Part shown: one piece after another, positions 39,242 to 49,189 of the stretch
How positions within the stretch are numbered: position 1 is the stretch's first letter
Layout of the letters: each line of letters starts with the position of its first letter
Origin: a candidate division WOR-3 bacterium
GTDB lineage: Bacteria > Hydrothermota > 32-111
DNA length: 64,000 nt
Assembly: GCA_039804105.1 (NCBI GenBank)
Contig: JBDRZU010000001.1
Span: 1,088,001-1,152,000 of the forward strand
Direction: 5' to 3'
Made by a program: the position numbers and the translations under genes
Notes under the pieces: model-generated
Told to the model about the DNA's origin: nothing
The model's database searches: none
Seen by the model: the letters and a program-made list of their open reading frames with translations, nothing else

Positions 39242-41002
39242 TTAATACAAAAATATAGTGTCTCTATTACCTTCTTTATCTTTAACTACAAAAAATTTTT
39301 TTTCATTTTTGTTTATCCTTAATTTTACTTTTGATTCTCCTGGTAATGGTTCAACATATAAATAGTTCGAATCAGAAATGAAAAACCAGTCAACACCACT
39401 CCCCTGATCAATTATTTTAAAAATATAAGTGATATTTCCAGAGGATTCATATTTTTTGTTCAAATATACTTTTGGTTTTATTGTATCTTTTCCTATTACA
39501 AAATCTGATAACTTATTAACTATCAAGGAATCAAGAAAAGCAAGTTTTTTAACAAAACTTATATTTTCACCGCTCACATTATAAAAAGAGTATCCATTAT
39601 AGCCTTTCAAATAAATTTTTATCTCTTCTTTTGATATATCATCAGTTAAACTAAAATCAAACAATTGAGATGCAGATTGAAATTCTCTATGGTGAAATTC
39701 TTTTGTATTATATAAAAAATACAAATCAAAAAAAGAACTTATTGAAATTGAATCAGTAAGATTAAAAATATTTGCGCTTTTAATTAATACAATATTTTTG
39801 TCGATAAGGATTCCATCGATTATATTTTTTGACTTAATATTACATTCCTTTGATAAGATATAATATTTGTAATTTGTAGAAGGTTGAAAAGCTGAAAAAT
39901 AATTTATATATGGCTCATTTAATGTATAGTTTGAGTATATTCCTTTTGTTATCAACACAAGTTTTTTGTTTATCTTTTTAATTTTAAGTTCATTTTCGAT
40001 TGATTTAATATTCAATTTTACATTTTTTACATTAATTTTTAAATTTGATACATTTCCATAGTGGTCATATACTTCAACGGTGATATTTGTATCGATATTA
40101 CTATACAAAGTTTCTTTTGCACATATAACAAAAGGAGCTTTAAAAAAATCATAGAATTTTATCAGATAGTTTGAATTTGATACCTTGAGATCTGTTCTGA
40201 AATGTAATGGAGAAAATTTATTATAATTAAATGATAGAGAATCAAAAACGATCGAAGAAACAATCTTATCATCCGATTTTATGTTAATTTTGTATACAAA
40301 AATTTTTGATGAAATTGAATTTATTCTATCAAAAAATTTACCAGATAAAAAAAATTTTCCTGATATGTTGATATCAATTTGATTTAATGTTATACCATTT
40401 TTTTTCGTTACAACATAGTAGTTATCGTAAACACCATTGATTAGAGTTGTATCATCTGCAGGTTCAAAGAGTATACCTTCTATCGATGGATTTATTGTAT
40501 CGTAAATATTATACAAAAATAATGGATTTATGCAGGAGTTATTTTTCTTTCTTATTTCAAAGTGTAGGTGAGGAAGCACACCACCTGATGATCCAGTATA
40601 AGCTATCACTTCTCCTTTGCTGAAAGTTATATTGCCTTTTTCAGGATATATTGTCTGCCTGTACTTGTTTTTTGAAAGTAATGTATCAATTTTTGTTACA
40701 AAATTCTTTAAATGTGCAAAGACATAAATGTAATTTTCATCTTCTAAAAATAAAGTATTACCGTACCCATAAAAATCTCTTTTAATGTAACTAACATAAC
40801 AGTTGGAAGGAGAATATACTTTTTTTCCTTCAATTCCATCTGTTGATATATCTAAACCTGCATGAAAATGATTCCACCTAAATTCACCAAAACCGCCTGT
40901 AATAATATTGTTTTCTGTAGGAAAAATTATATCTGTTGAGTATACAAAAAAAACATTAAAAAATATAGCGAATACTAAAATGATAAAATGTATCCTACCC
41001 AT
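39242..41002 (-). CDS. M23 family metallopeptidase
   Basis: FGEFRWNHFHAGLD, YGYGN, FAHL, GSSGG..PHLHFEIR. Confidence 0.88.
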   Translation of the reverse strand: MGRIHFIILVFAIFFNVFFVYSTDIIFPTENNIITGGFGEFRWNHFHAGLDISTDGIEGKKVYSPSNCYVSYIKRDFYGYGNTLFLEDENYIYVFAHLKNFVTKIDTLLSKNKYRQTIYPEKGNITFSKGEVIAYTGSSGGVLPHLHFEIRKKNNSCINPLFLYNIYDTINPSIEGILFEPADDTTLINGVYDNYYVVTKKNGITLNQIDINISGKFFLSGKFFDRINSISSKIFVYKINIKSDDKIVSSIVFDSLSFNYNKFSPLHFRTDLKVSNSNYLIKFYDFFKAPFVICAKETLYSNIDTNITVEVYDHYGNVSNLKINVKNVKLNIKSIENELKIKKINKKLVLITKGIYSNYTLNEPYINYFSAFQPSTNYKYYILSKECNIKSKNIIDGILIDKNIVLIKSANIFNLTDSISISSFFDLYFLYNTKEFHHREFQSASQLFDFSLTDDISKEEIKIYLKGYNGYSFYNVSGENISFVKKLAFLDSLIVNKLSDFVIGKDTIKPKVYLNKKYESSGNITYIFKIIDQGSGVDWFFISDSNYLYVEPLPGESKVKLRINKNEKKFFVVKDKEGNRDTIFLY

Positions 41003-41814
41003 TCGCCAAGAACCTTTTTTAATAATATTTTATAGCCATTTTGTTCAAAATATTTCTCAATTGTATTAGATTCTTCATACAATATTCCAGAAATTATTAT
41101 TTTACCGTTTTTTTCTAAGATTTTTTTGATTTTGCTGAAAAATGTTTTAAATTCTTTTGAAAGCATATTTATTAGAATAATATCATATTTTGTATTTTTG
41201 TTTAATACATTTATATCACCAAATTTATATTTAACATTTTTTACTTTGTTAAGTTTAAAATTTTCTTTGGTTGAGACCTTTGTTGACTCATCAATGTCAA
41301 AACCAAAAATTTTTTTCGCTTTCTTTTTTGAGGCAGCAATTGCAAGAATTCCTGAACCAATACCACAATCAAGTACTGTTTTATTTCGAAATTCTACAAA
41401 TTTCATAAGTAGTAACACAAGTTTTGTTGTCGGGTGTTCTCCAGTTCCAAATGAATAGCCTGGATTTAATATTATATTTATCCCTTTTTTATATTTTTTT
41501 TGTTTATGAAAATAGGGAATTATGTTAAATTCTCCTACTTTGAAAGGTTTGTAATTTTTCAGATATCTTTTAAGATAAAATTTTTCATAGATCGATTCTA
41601 TTTTTTGTTCTTTGATATCAATAATCTTTTCAAATTTGGATAAAATATCAGAAAGTTTATCCTTGTTTTCAGAATAAATAAAAAAATAATTTTTCCCTCT
41701 TTCAATATCATAAAAGATGGAATATTTTATGTTATTGAAAAAAGAAATTTCAAAAACTTTTTCCTCGTCAATATCATTATCAAAAGTTAAAACGAGTTGA
41801 TAATATTTTTTCAT
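40975..41814 (-). CDS. prmA: Ribosomal protein L11 methyltransferase
   Basis: NPGYSFGTGEHPTT, LDCGIGSGILAIAA, IISGIL, GEW. Confidence 0.9.
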   Translation of the reverse strand: MKKYYQLVLTFDNDIDEEKVFEISFFNNIKYSIFYDIERGKNYFFIYSENKDKLSDILSKFEKIIDIKEQKIESIYEKFYLKRYLKNYKPFKVGEFNIIPYFHKQKKYKKGINIILNPGYSFGTGEHPTTKLVLLLMKFVEFRNKTVLDCGIGSGILAIAASKKKAKKIFGFDIDESTKVSTKENFKLNKVKNVKYKFGDINVLNKNTKYDIILINMLSKEFKTFFSKIKKILEKNGKIIISGILYEESNTIEKYFEQNGYKILLKKVLGEWVGYILSF

Positions 41815-41856
41815 TGAATGAATTTTAATTTCAAAGTGAAAAAAGTCAAGAAAAAA

Positions 41857-42282
41857 TCATTCAACAGATACTTTTATCTGAACACTTCCCTCTTTCTCAT
41901 CGTCGGCAACTATATTGACTATTTCTGAGGGTTTTTCTTTACAGAGTTCATCTATCGCTTTAGAAAATGATGTAAAATCCACTATTTTACCATCCTTATC
42001 AATTTTTATTCCCTTCGAATTAAAATAGTTTTTCAATGAATCGTCCTGAATATCGAAAGAGAGCTTTCCAGTTGCTTTTACCATAAATTTAATAAATTTG
42101 ATGGGAAGTTTTATGTTAACGAGTTTTCCATCTCCTTTTATAATTTTTACAGTAAAATAACATTTTTCACTCATTTGCTCTTCATTTTCGTAAAGAGCAG
42201 AGATCAAGTTATCCGCTTCCTGTGGAGTAATTTTGCCTTCTTTTACAAGATTTAAAATTTTTTTCAATCTATCTTCCATCAT
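41857..42282 (-). CDS. SHOCT-like domain protein of a DUF2089 operon
   Basis: DRLKKILNLVKEGKITPQEA, VNIKLP. Confidence 0.7.
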   Translation of the reverse strand: MMEDRLKKILNLVKEGKITPQEADNLISALYENEEQMSEKCYFTVKIIKGDGKLVNIKLPIKFIKFMVKATGKLSFDIQDDSLKNYFNSKGIKIDKDGKIVDFTSFSKAIDELCKEKPSEIVNIVADDEKEGSVQIKVSVE

Positions 42283-42542
42283 TCCTCCTCCAATTCTTCT
42301 ATCGCTTCTTCTACACTTATCTTTCCATCTTTTAAATCTTCAAGGATTTTTTTTCTTTTTCCAGCACTTATATTAATCTTTATATTTCTTTTCTTTTCAA
42401 ATGAAATTAAATTCAAAAGTCCAATGATTATCAAGATCCATGGCCAATCACGAGAAAATGTAAAAAAGAAAATGTTATAAGTTGAAAGTAAAAGAAAAAT
42501 TCCAACAACTATTAAAATAAAACCAAATTTTGAAAATTTCAC
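42279..42542 (-). CDS. Small membrane protein (LiaF-like TM + SHOCT-like)
   Basis: GFILIVVGIFLLL..WPWILIIIG; ILEDLKDGKISVEEA. Confidence 0.65.
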   Translation of the reverse strand: MKFSKFGFILIVVGIFLLLSTYNIFFFTFSRDWPWILIIIGLLNLISFEKKRNIKINISAGKRKKILEDLKDGKISVEEAIEELEEE

Positions 42543-42919
42543 TTTTTCCTCCTTTTTAAATTTTTTATAACTTCATCAACAGATATCTCTCCCTTTTCGA
42601 GCAAAGATAAATAAATATCAATATCATCATGTTCAAAAATTTTTTCATTTTCCTTTTCGCTTATATTCAATTTATCTTTAATCTTTGATAACTTTATTTT
42701 TAAGGTTGGGTAAGAAAGATTCATTTTATCTGATAATAACCTGAAATTACCCTCACAATTTATAAACTCTTTAACAAAATTCCAATCATCCTCGTCCAGA
42801 ATATGTGATTTTTCTACACCAAACTTTCCATTGATTTCAGTTTCACAACTTTCACAAACTAATTTTCTTACTGTTAAAATACCACCACAAACAGGACATT
42901 TTTTTATAATTTCTTTCAT
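42539..42919 (-). CDS. DUF2089 family zinc-ribbon/HTH protein (start revised)
   Basis: CPVCGG...CESCETEING.F, SYPTLK. Confidence 0.85.
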   Translation of the reverse strand: MKEIIKKCPVCGGILTVRKLVCESCETEINGKFGVEKSHILDEDDWNFVKEFINCEGNFRLLSDKMNLSYPTLKIKLSKIKDKLNISEKENEKIFEHDDIDIYLSLLEKGEISVDEVIKNLKRRKK

Positions 42920-43025
42920 AAAATTAAATCCTTTTTTTATAATATTAAACATAAATTTAATTTTGTCAATATTGATTTTAATCTTTTTTACTTGACTTTT
43001 GAAAAAATTAAGATAAACTAATCTT

Positions 43026-44162
43026 ATGAATGCTAAAAAAATTTTTCTTTTAGTACTAATTTTCTTTTTTCTGCTTCAAAATTTATTTATCATTAAAAAT
43101 TTTTACTTGAAAAAAATCGACTACAGTTTTAGAAACTTGAAAAAAGAATTAAATTTCGAAAAATTTGTTATTGTTAGTACAGGTGATATTTTTTTACATA
43201 CATCGAATATAGATGATGCTATTATTGAAGAACAAAAATACTCTTTCGATTATATTTTTGAAGAAACAAAAGAATTGTTGAAGGGTTCTGATATAACAAC
43301 ATGCTGGTTTGGAGGAGTTGTGGATACCAATCCTCCTTTTTCAGGTTATCCTTTTTTTAAATCTCCAGTAGAAATTTTAAAAACTCTAAAAAGATTGGGT
43401 TTTGATATACTGTTAAGAACAAATCATGTTTATGATTTTGGACAGGAAGGAATGTATAGAACAAATTCATTCATTCAAAATTTGTCATTAAAACAGATTG
43501 GTGGATATTCAACCAAAGAAGAGAGTGAAAAAATTTTAATCTTCAAAAAAAGAAATATTAAGGTTGCTTTTTTAAGTTATACTTATGGAACTAATGGTTT
43601 AATACCCAAAAATAAATGGGAAGTTAATTTGATCGATTTTAATAAAGTTCAAAATGATATAGAAAAATCAAAAAAAATGGCTGATTTTGTCGTAGTTTTT
43701 TTCCACTATGGAAATGAATATGAAAGAAAAGAATCAGAATTTCAAAGAAAAGTTGCATATTTTGCTGCCTCAAAAGGTGCTGACATTATAATTGGTTCCC
43801 ATCCACATGTTGTTCAACCGTTAGATTCTTTCATTCTTGACGATGGAAGAAAAGTTTACACAATCTATTCTCTTGGAAACTTTTATTGTGGACAAAGAAA
43901 AAAATACACAAACTCTGGAATAGTTTTAAAAGTTATTCTTGAAAGATCAAAAAGAACAAGCGAAAAGACAAAACTTTCAAAAATTGTTTTTTATTCAACA
44001 TACATAATTAAAAACTCTAATAAAACAATACAGAAATACAAAATTGTCCTGTCTAACAACTATTTAAAGGAGCATCCTTTTGACAAAGATACATTAACCG
44101 AAAATATAAAAAATAGTATTGAAGATTTACGAGAACTTATCCCTTCACAATATATCCATTGA
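43026..44162 (+). CDS. CapA family metallophosphatase-like protein
   Basis: GDIFLH, NHVYDFG, SYTYGTNG, HYGNEY, GSHPHVVQ, YSLGNF. Confidence 0.88.
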   Translation: MNAKKIFLLVLIFFFLLQNLFIIKNFYLKKIDYSFRNLKKELNFEKFVIVSTGDIFLHTSNIDDAIIEEQKYSFDYIFEETKELLKGSDITTCWFGGVVDTNPPFSGYPFFKSPVEILKTLKRLGFDILLRTNHVYDFGQEGMYRTNSFIQNLSLKQIGGYSTKEESEKILIFKKRNIKVAFLSYTYGTNGLIPKNKWEVNLIDFNKVQNDIEKSKKMADFVVVFFHYGNEYERKESEFQRKVAYFAASKGADIIIGSHPHVVQPLDSFILDDGRKVYTIYSLGNFYCGQRKKYTNSGIVLKVILERSKRTSEKTKLSKIVFYSTYIIKNSNKTIQKYKIVLSNNYLKEHPFDKDTLTENIKNSIEDLRELIPSQYIH

Positions 44163-44194
44163 AAAATAAAAATTTTTTAATATACTAAAATTGG

Positions 44195-46036
44195 ATGGAA
44201 TTAAAGAAAACTTTAACTTTAATAGATATATTCTGTTTAGCATCAGGATCAATGATAAGTTCTGGTATATTCATTTTACCTGGAATCGCTCATTCCAAAG
44301 TAGGTCCTGCACTTTTTATTTCATACTTTCTTGCCGGAATTCTTGCTATGACAGGTGCTATATCTCTTGCGGAACTCGCAACAGCAATGCCTAAGGCTGG
44401 TGGAGATTATTTTTTTATCACACGAAGCCTTGGTCCAGCACTCGGCACAATTTCAGGTGTTTTAAGTTGGTTCTCAATCACTGTTAAAAGTTCTTTTGCA
44501 CTTATAGGGATGTCTATTTTTTTATCAAAATTTATCAGTTTTGACATTGTTTACATTGCTTTATTTTTCTGTATTTTTTTTACAATTTTAAATATTGTAG
44601 GAGTTAAAGAAGCAAGTATATTTCAAATAGTTTTGGTTATCGCTTTACTTACCTCAATGATCGCATTTGTAGTATTTGGAATCCCACACATAAAAAAGGA
44701 AAACATGTTTCCAATTGCACCATATGGAGTTCTTTCTATTTTTTCTACAGCTGGTTTTGTTTTCGTTTCCTATGGGGGTCTATTAAAAGTCACCAGTGTT
44801 TCAGAGGAAGTAAAAGATCCTTCAATAACCATTCCGCTCGGACTTCTCATATCGCTTTTCATTGTTGCAATTCTTTATTCTCTTATGGTAATAGTTGCAA
44901 CAGGAATCCTACCTAATCATATACTTGACAGATCTCTGACTCCATTTAATGATGCAGCAACATTTTTCGGTGGGAAATTGTGGGATTTGATTCTCACAAT
45001 ATCAGCATTACTTGCATTTATTTCAACTGCAAACGCTGGAATAATGTCAGCATCAAGATATCCTTTCGCTTTAAGTAGAGATAAAATGATACCAGAAGTT
45101 TTTTCAAAGTTAAACCAAAAATTTAAAACACCTATTTTCTCAATAGTTTTTACAGGTATTATAATGAGCATTTTTTTATTCTTAAATGTTGAACTTTTAG
45201 CAAAAGTGGCATCTTCTACTTTGATACTAACATATATACTTGCAAATTCTACTTTGATAGTAATTAGAGAAAGTAAATTGATCAATTATAAACCAAAATT
45301 CAAATCTCCACTTTATCCCTACTTACAGATTTTTGGTATCATGGGGTTTCTATTTTTACTTTTTGAAATGGGATATTTTGTTTTAATGTTGAGTTTTTTA
45401 TTGATTGTTTTTTCTCTTTTCATCTATATCTTTTATGGAAGAATTAAAGTCAATAGAGAATATGCTTTACTCTATCTTCTTGAAAGAATAACAACAAAAA
45501 ACTATACAAATCATCTACTTCAGGAAGAGTTAAGAGAAATCTTACGAGAAAGAGATGAAATTGAAATCGATAGATTTGATAAAACAGTTGAAAACAGTAC
45601 AATTTTCGATTTAAAAGGGAAATATACATATGAGCAAATTTTGGATTTTATTTCTCATGAAACATCTCAAAAACTCAACATAGATAAAAATCTAATAAAA
45701 AATTTCATAATACAAAGAGAAGAAGAATCATCAACAACATTATCTAATTTTGTTGCAATACCACATCTAATACTTGAAGAACCTAAAAGATTTGAAATCT
45801 TTTTTTTCAGGATAAAAGATGGCGCACAATTCGGGAGCGAAAATGATATTAAAATGATTGTACTTATCGCTTGTTCAAGAGATGAAAGGAACTTTCATTT
45901 AAAATCTTTATCAGCCATAGCACAGATAGTATCAGACAAAAAATTTGAAAAAGAATGGTTATCTGCAAAGAATGAAAAAGAATTAAAAGAAATACTTTTA
46001 TTGTCGGAAAGAAGAAGGATAAAACCATTAATTTAA
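44195..46036 (+). CDS. APC amino acid permease fused to a PTS EIIA(Ntr/Fru)-like domain
   Basis: GSMISSGIFILPG, ELATAMPKAGGDY, about 12 TM; C-terminal REEESST...VAIPH. Confidence 0.88.
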   Translation: MELKKTLTLIDIFCLASGSMISSGIFILPGIAHSKVGPALFISYFLAGILAMTGAISLAELATAMPKAGGDYFFITRSLGPALGTISGVLSWFSITVKSSFALIGMSIFLSKFISFDIVYIALFFCIFFTILNIVGVKEASIFQIVLVIALLTSMIAFVVFGIPHIKKENMFPIAPYGVLSIFSTAGFVFVSYGGLLKVTSVSEEVKDPSITIPLGLLISLFIVAILYSLMVIVATGILPNHILDRSLTPFNDAATFFGGKLWDLILTISALLAFISTANAGIMSASRYPFALSRDKMIPEVFSKLNQKFKTPIFSIVFTGIIMSIFLFLNVELLAKVASSTLILTYILANSTLIVIRESKLINYKPKFKSPLYPYLQIFGIMGFLFLLFEMGYFVLMLSFLLIVFSLFIYIFYGRIKVNREYALLYLLERITTKNYTNHLLQEELREILRERDEIEIDRFDKTVENSTIFDLKGKYTYEQILDFISHETSQKLNIDKNLIKNFIIQREEESSTTLSNFVAIPHLILEEPKRFEIFFFRIKDGAQFGSENDIKMIVLIACSRDERNFHLKSLSAIAQIVSDKKFEKEWLSAKNEKELKEILLLSERRRIKPLI

Positions 46037-46930
46037 CTTATCCCCAATTTTTGATAAAAAGATTTTTTCTTTTAAAATATAAACATCATATATAAAAAAT
46101 ATTAAAATAAAAACTGTAAGGGACAAAAATCCAGAAATTCCTGTGAGACAAACTGTTAAATCGTTTCCGCCTTTTACATAAATGATTGATATTCCAGCAA
46201 GTGCGTTTAAAGTTCCATGTAACACTGCTGATGACAAAACATTCTTTGATTTGATCCTTAGATAATTAAAGATAAAAGTAAGCAAAATACACCAAACGAT
46301 CATCATAAAAACACCAATTTGAGGATGCTGGGGATAGTTATGACCAGAGGCAATTATAGGGGCATGCCATGCACCCCATAAAAGCCCTATTCTTATACTT
46401 GCATCAAAAAATTTTTTATCTTTCATTTCATTTAACAAAAAACCTCTCCATCCACTCTCTTCTCCAAAAGCAGCTACAGCGTTAATCGTTGCTCCAGCAA
46501 AAAGTCCCTGAATCAATGATAAAAAGAAAAATAGTAGTGGCATTTTTTCCATCTGCTCTTTCATTTTTAAGGTTGAAGGATCTTTCAAAAGATCTGAAAA
46601 CTTTTCAAAAAAACCTTCCATCTTTAAAGATAATGAAATTTTAGGAAAGAGAATAGAGATTAAAATTGTAAAAATCACGATAAAAACAAAAATAAACCAT
46701 GAAACAAAAAACCAACTGTTAATTTTTTTATTAAGACCAATTTTTTCAGTAAATTTTTCTTTTTTAATTTTGGTGACTATATAGGAGGCAATAAATGGTC
46801 CAAACATGTAAATCACTAAAAGTATGATTGTAATTGGATTTTTATAGGAAAGGTTAAACAACAAAACCAAAAAGAAAATTATCCATGAAAACCCAAAAGA
46901 AATCAAAGAATAGAGTAAAACAGGGTTCAT
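46028..46930 (-). CDS. CPBP (CAAX/Abi) intramembrane protease
   Basis: GEESGWRGFL, WGAWH, HGTLN. Confidence 0.88.
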   Translation of the reverse strand: MNPVLLYSLISFGFSWIIFFLVLLFNLSYKNPITIILLVIYMFGPFIASYIVTKIKKEKFTEKIGLNKKINSWFFVSWFIFVFIVIFTILISILFPKISLSLKMEGFFEKFSDLLKDPSTLKMKEQMEKMPLLFFFLSLIQGLFAGATINAVAAFGEESGWRGFLLNEMKDKKFFDASIRIGLLWGAWHAPIIASGHNYPQHPQIGVFMMIVWCILLTFIFNYLRIKSKNVLSSAVLHGTLNALAGISIIYVKGGNDLTVCLTGISGFLSLTVFILIFFIYDVYILKEKIFLSKIGDKLN

Positions 46931-46931
46931 C

Positions 46932-47624
46932 TTATTTTAGTTTTTTGTGACAGAACCACCAATCATAACAAATAAATTCCCCTGCTTTTGATTTCTGTAG
47001 ACGTTCTTTTGCAACATTTTCAGTTTTTGCAGGCGGTATTATAACTTCATCTTTCAACAAGTCGTTATTTGGCCAATTGGCAGGCATTGCTACACCATTT
47101 TTATCAGATATCTGCATACCTTTTACAATTCTTAAAATCTCTTCAATATTTCTTCCAAGTTCTTGTGGATAGTAAAGCATAATTCTTATGATTCCTTTAT
47201 CATCTATTACAAAAACTGCTCTTACAGTATTTGTTCCTTTCCCCGGATGTATTAAACCAAGTTTGTTTGCAACCATCCCAGTATCAGCAATTATTGGAAA
47301 AGTTATTTCAACATCAAGTTTCTCTTTTATCCATTCTGTCCATTTAATATGAGAAAAAACCTGATCAACAGAAAGCCCTACAAGTTCGCAGTTCAACTCT
47401 TTAAATTTGTCAATATTTTTCTGAAAGGCAACAAATTCTGTTGTACATACAGGAGTAAAATCTCCTGGATGACTGAAAAGAATAAACCATTTACCTTTAA
47501 AATAATCAGGTAACAAAATCTCTCCATGAGTTGTTAAAACTTTCATTTCGGGAAAAGAATCTCCAAGAAGTGGAATACCATTGTTTTTACAACTACAATC
47601 ACAATTACAATCTTTATCACACAT
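46932..47624 (-). CDS. Peroxiredoxin (Prx6/TDXH type) with Cys-rich N-terminus
   Basis: [29 protein letters not shown]. Confidence 0.93.
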   Translation of the reverse strand: MCDKDCNCDCSCKNNGIPLLGDSFPEMKVLTTHGEILLPDYFKGKWFILFSHPGDFTPVCTTEFVAFQKNIDKFKELNCELVGLSVDQVFSHIKWTEWIKEKLDVEITFPIIADTGMVANKLGLIHPGKGTNTVRAVFVIDDKGIIRIMLYYPQELGRNIEEILRIVKGMQISDKNGVAMPANWPNNDLLKDEVIIPPAKTENVAKERLQKSKAGEFICYDWWFCHKKLK

Positions 47625-47673
47625 AGTTCCTCCTTATATAAAAAAATTTTATACAAAATTTAAAAATTTTCAA

Positions 47674-48942
47674 TTAAATTCCTTTTACCTGTTCTCCAAT
47701 TTTTCCTTCTAATTTATCGATTTTTTTCATAGCAATAACTTGCGACGAATAGATACTGTTATGTCCTGTTATTAAAAAACTGATTATACAAGATATTGAA
47801 GCATAAGGTGCCAAAGAAGAACCTGCAAGCTCAACAGCTAATAAACTTGAAGAAATAGGAGTATTCGTCGTACCAGCAAGAAAAGAAACAAGTCCAAGTA
47901 TTGCAAATATTTGAACATCTATCTTTGTAAACAATATAGAGAGAAAATTTCCAAAAGTTGTACCTATAAAAAATATTGGATTTATAAGTCCTCCGTTACC
48001 TCCAAAATTTAAAGTTAAAGAAGTGGTGATAATTTTAATCAAAGGATAATATAAAGGATATTCTTTACCTTTTAAACTTTCCTTAACAACTTCCATTCCA
48101 ATTCCCCCAAAATCCTTAGATATAAATCTATAAATAAAAACAAGTATTGACCCTGCAACAAATGCGTAAAAATAAAAATTTTCTAATTTTTTAGAAATTT
48201 TTTTAAAAATATTATTAATAAATATGTAAAAATATGAAGTTAAACCAAAAAATATTCCAGCAACAATTGAAACAAAAAGGAAATAGAATGAAAATTCAGG
48301 AAAATCGATTTTGACGATATTTAACAAATTCTCAATATTAAAAAATAGTTTAACAACTAATACAGAAACAATACTTGAAACAAATGATGGTAACAAAACA
48401 TCATACAAAAGTTTTCCAATAAAAAGCACTTCAATTCCAAAAATCGCTCCAGCTATTGGAGTTCCAAAAACAGCAGAGAAACCAGCCCCTATTCCACATA
48501 TAACAATCTTTTTCAGATCATCTTCTTTGAATCTAAATTTTTGACCAATAAAAGAAGAGATACTTCCTCCGATCTGTGCGGAAGGGCTCTCCTTTCCTAC
48601 AGAACCTCCAAAAGAAATTGTTAAAATTGTTGTTATGATATCGATGGGAAGTTTTACTATATCTATTTTTCCATTCTTTTTATGAATAGAATCAATTATT
48701 TTATCTGTTCCATGACCTTCGTTAATATCTAAGAATTTAATTTCAATATATTTATTTATTAAAAGAATGAACGGTAACAATAGATAAAGAAGATTATTTT
48801 GAAAAATTTTTGATGTAACTTTTAGCAAACTTAAAAATAAACCAACGCTTATACCAACAATAAAACCTATTCCCATCGAAATAAATACCCATCTGAAAAC
48901 AGACCAAAAAACTATTTTAGATTCCTCAAAAATCTTTTTCAT
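47674..48942 (-). CDS. ClC family chloride channel/antiporter
   Basis: GHGTD, GGSVGKESP, AGFSAVFGTPIAGAIFGIE, NTPIS. Confidence 0.88.
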   Translation of the reverse strand: MKKIFEESKIVFWSVFRWVFISMGIGFIVGISVGLFLSLLKVTSKIFQNNLLYLLLPFILLINKYIEIKFLDINEGHGTDKIIDSIHKKNGKIDIVKLPIDIITTILTISFGGSVGKESPSAQIGGSISSFIGQKFRFKEDDLKKIVICGIGAGFSAVFGTPIAGAIFGIEVLFIGKLLYDVLLPSFVSSIVSVLVVKLFFNIENLLNIVKIDFPEFSFYFLFVSIVAGIFFGLTSYFYIFINNIFKKISKKLENFYFYAFVAGSILVFIYRFISKDFGGIGMEVVKESLKGKEYPLYYPLIKIITTSLTLNFGGNGGLINPIFFIGTTFGNFLSILFTKIDVQIFAILGLVSFLAGTTNTPISSSLLAVELAGSSLAPYASISCIISFLITGHNSIYSSQVIAMKKIDKLEGKIGEQVKGI

Positions 48943-49144
48943 AATTTGAATTATATTATTATATTAAAAATTTTCAATGAATTATCTGTAATTTTTTTAA
49001 TAGGGTGTAATTTTTATGATACATTTTTTAACATTTTTTGTATCTATTAAAAAATTACATCTATTTTATCTCTTGTCATAAAATTATGACTTGCTTTTTT
49101 TATAGATAAAAATAATAAATATTAAAATTTAATAACTTAAATCT

Positions 49145-49160
49145 GGGCATGAATATTGCG
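49145..49160 (+). promoter_or_regulatory. Probable sigma54 promoter of the C25 protease gene
   Basis: GGGCATGAATATTGCG: GG-N10-GC spacing; upstream palindrome GTCATA-AAAT-TATGAC (about 49075-49090). Confidence 0.55.
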
Positions 49161-49189
49161 CTTTCATGAAACCTCAAAATGGAGGTTTC

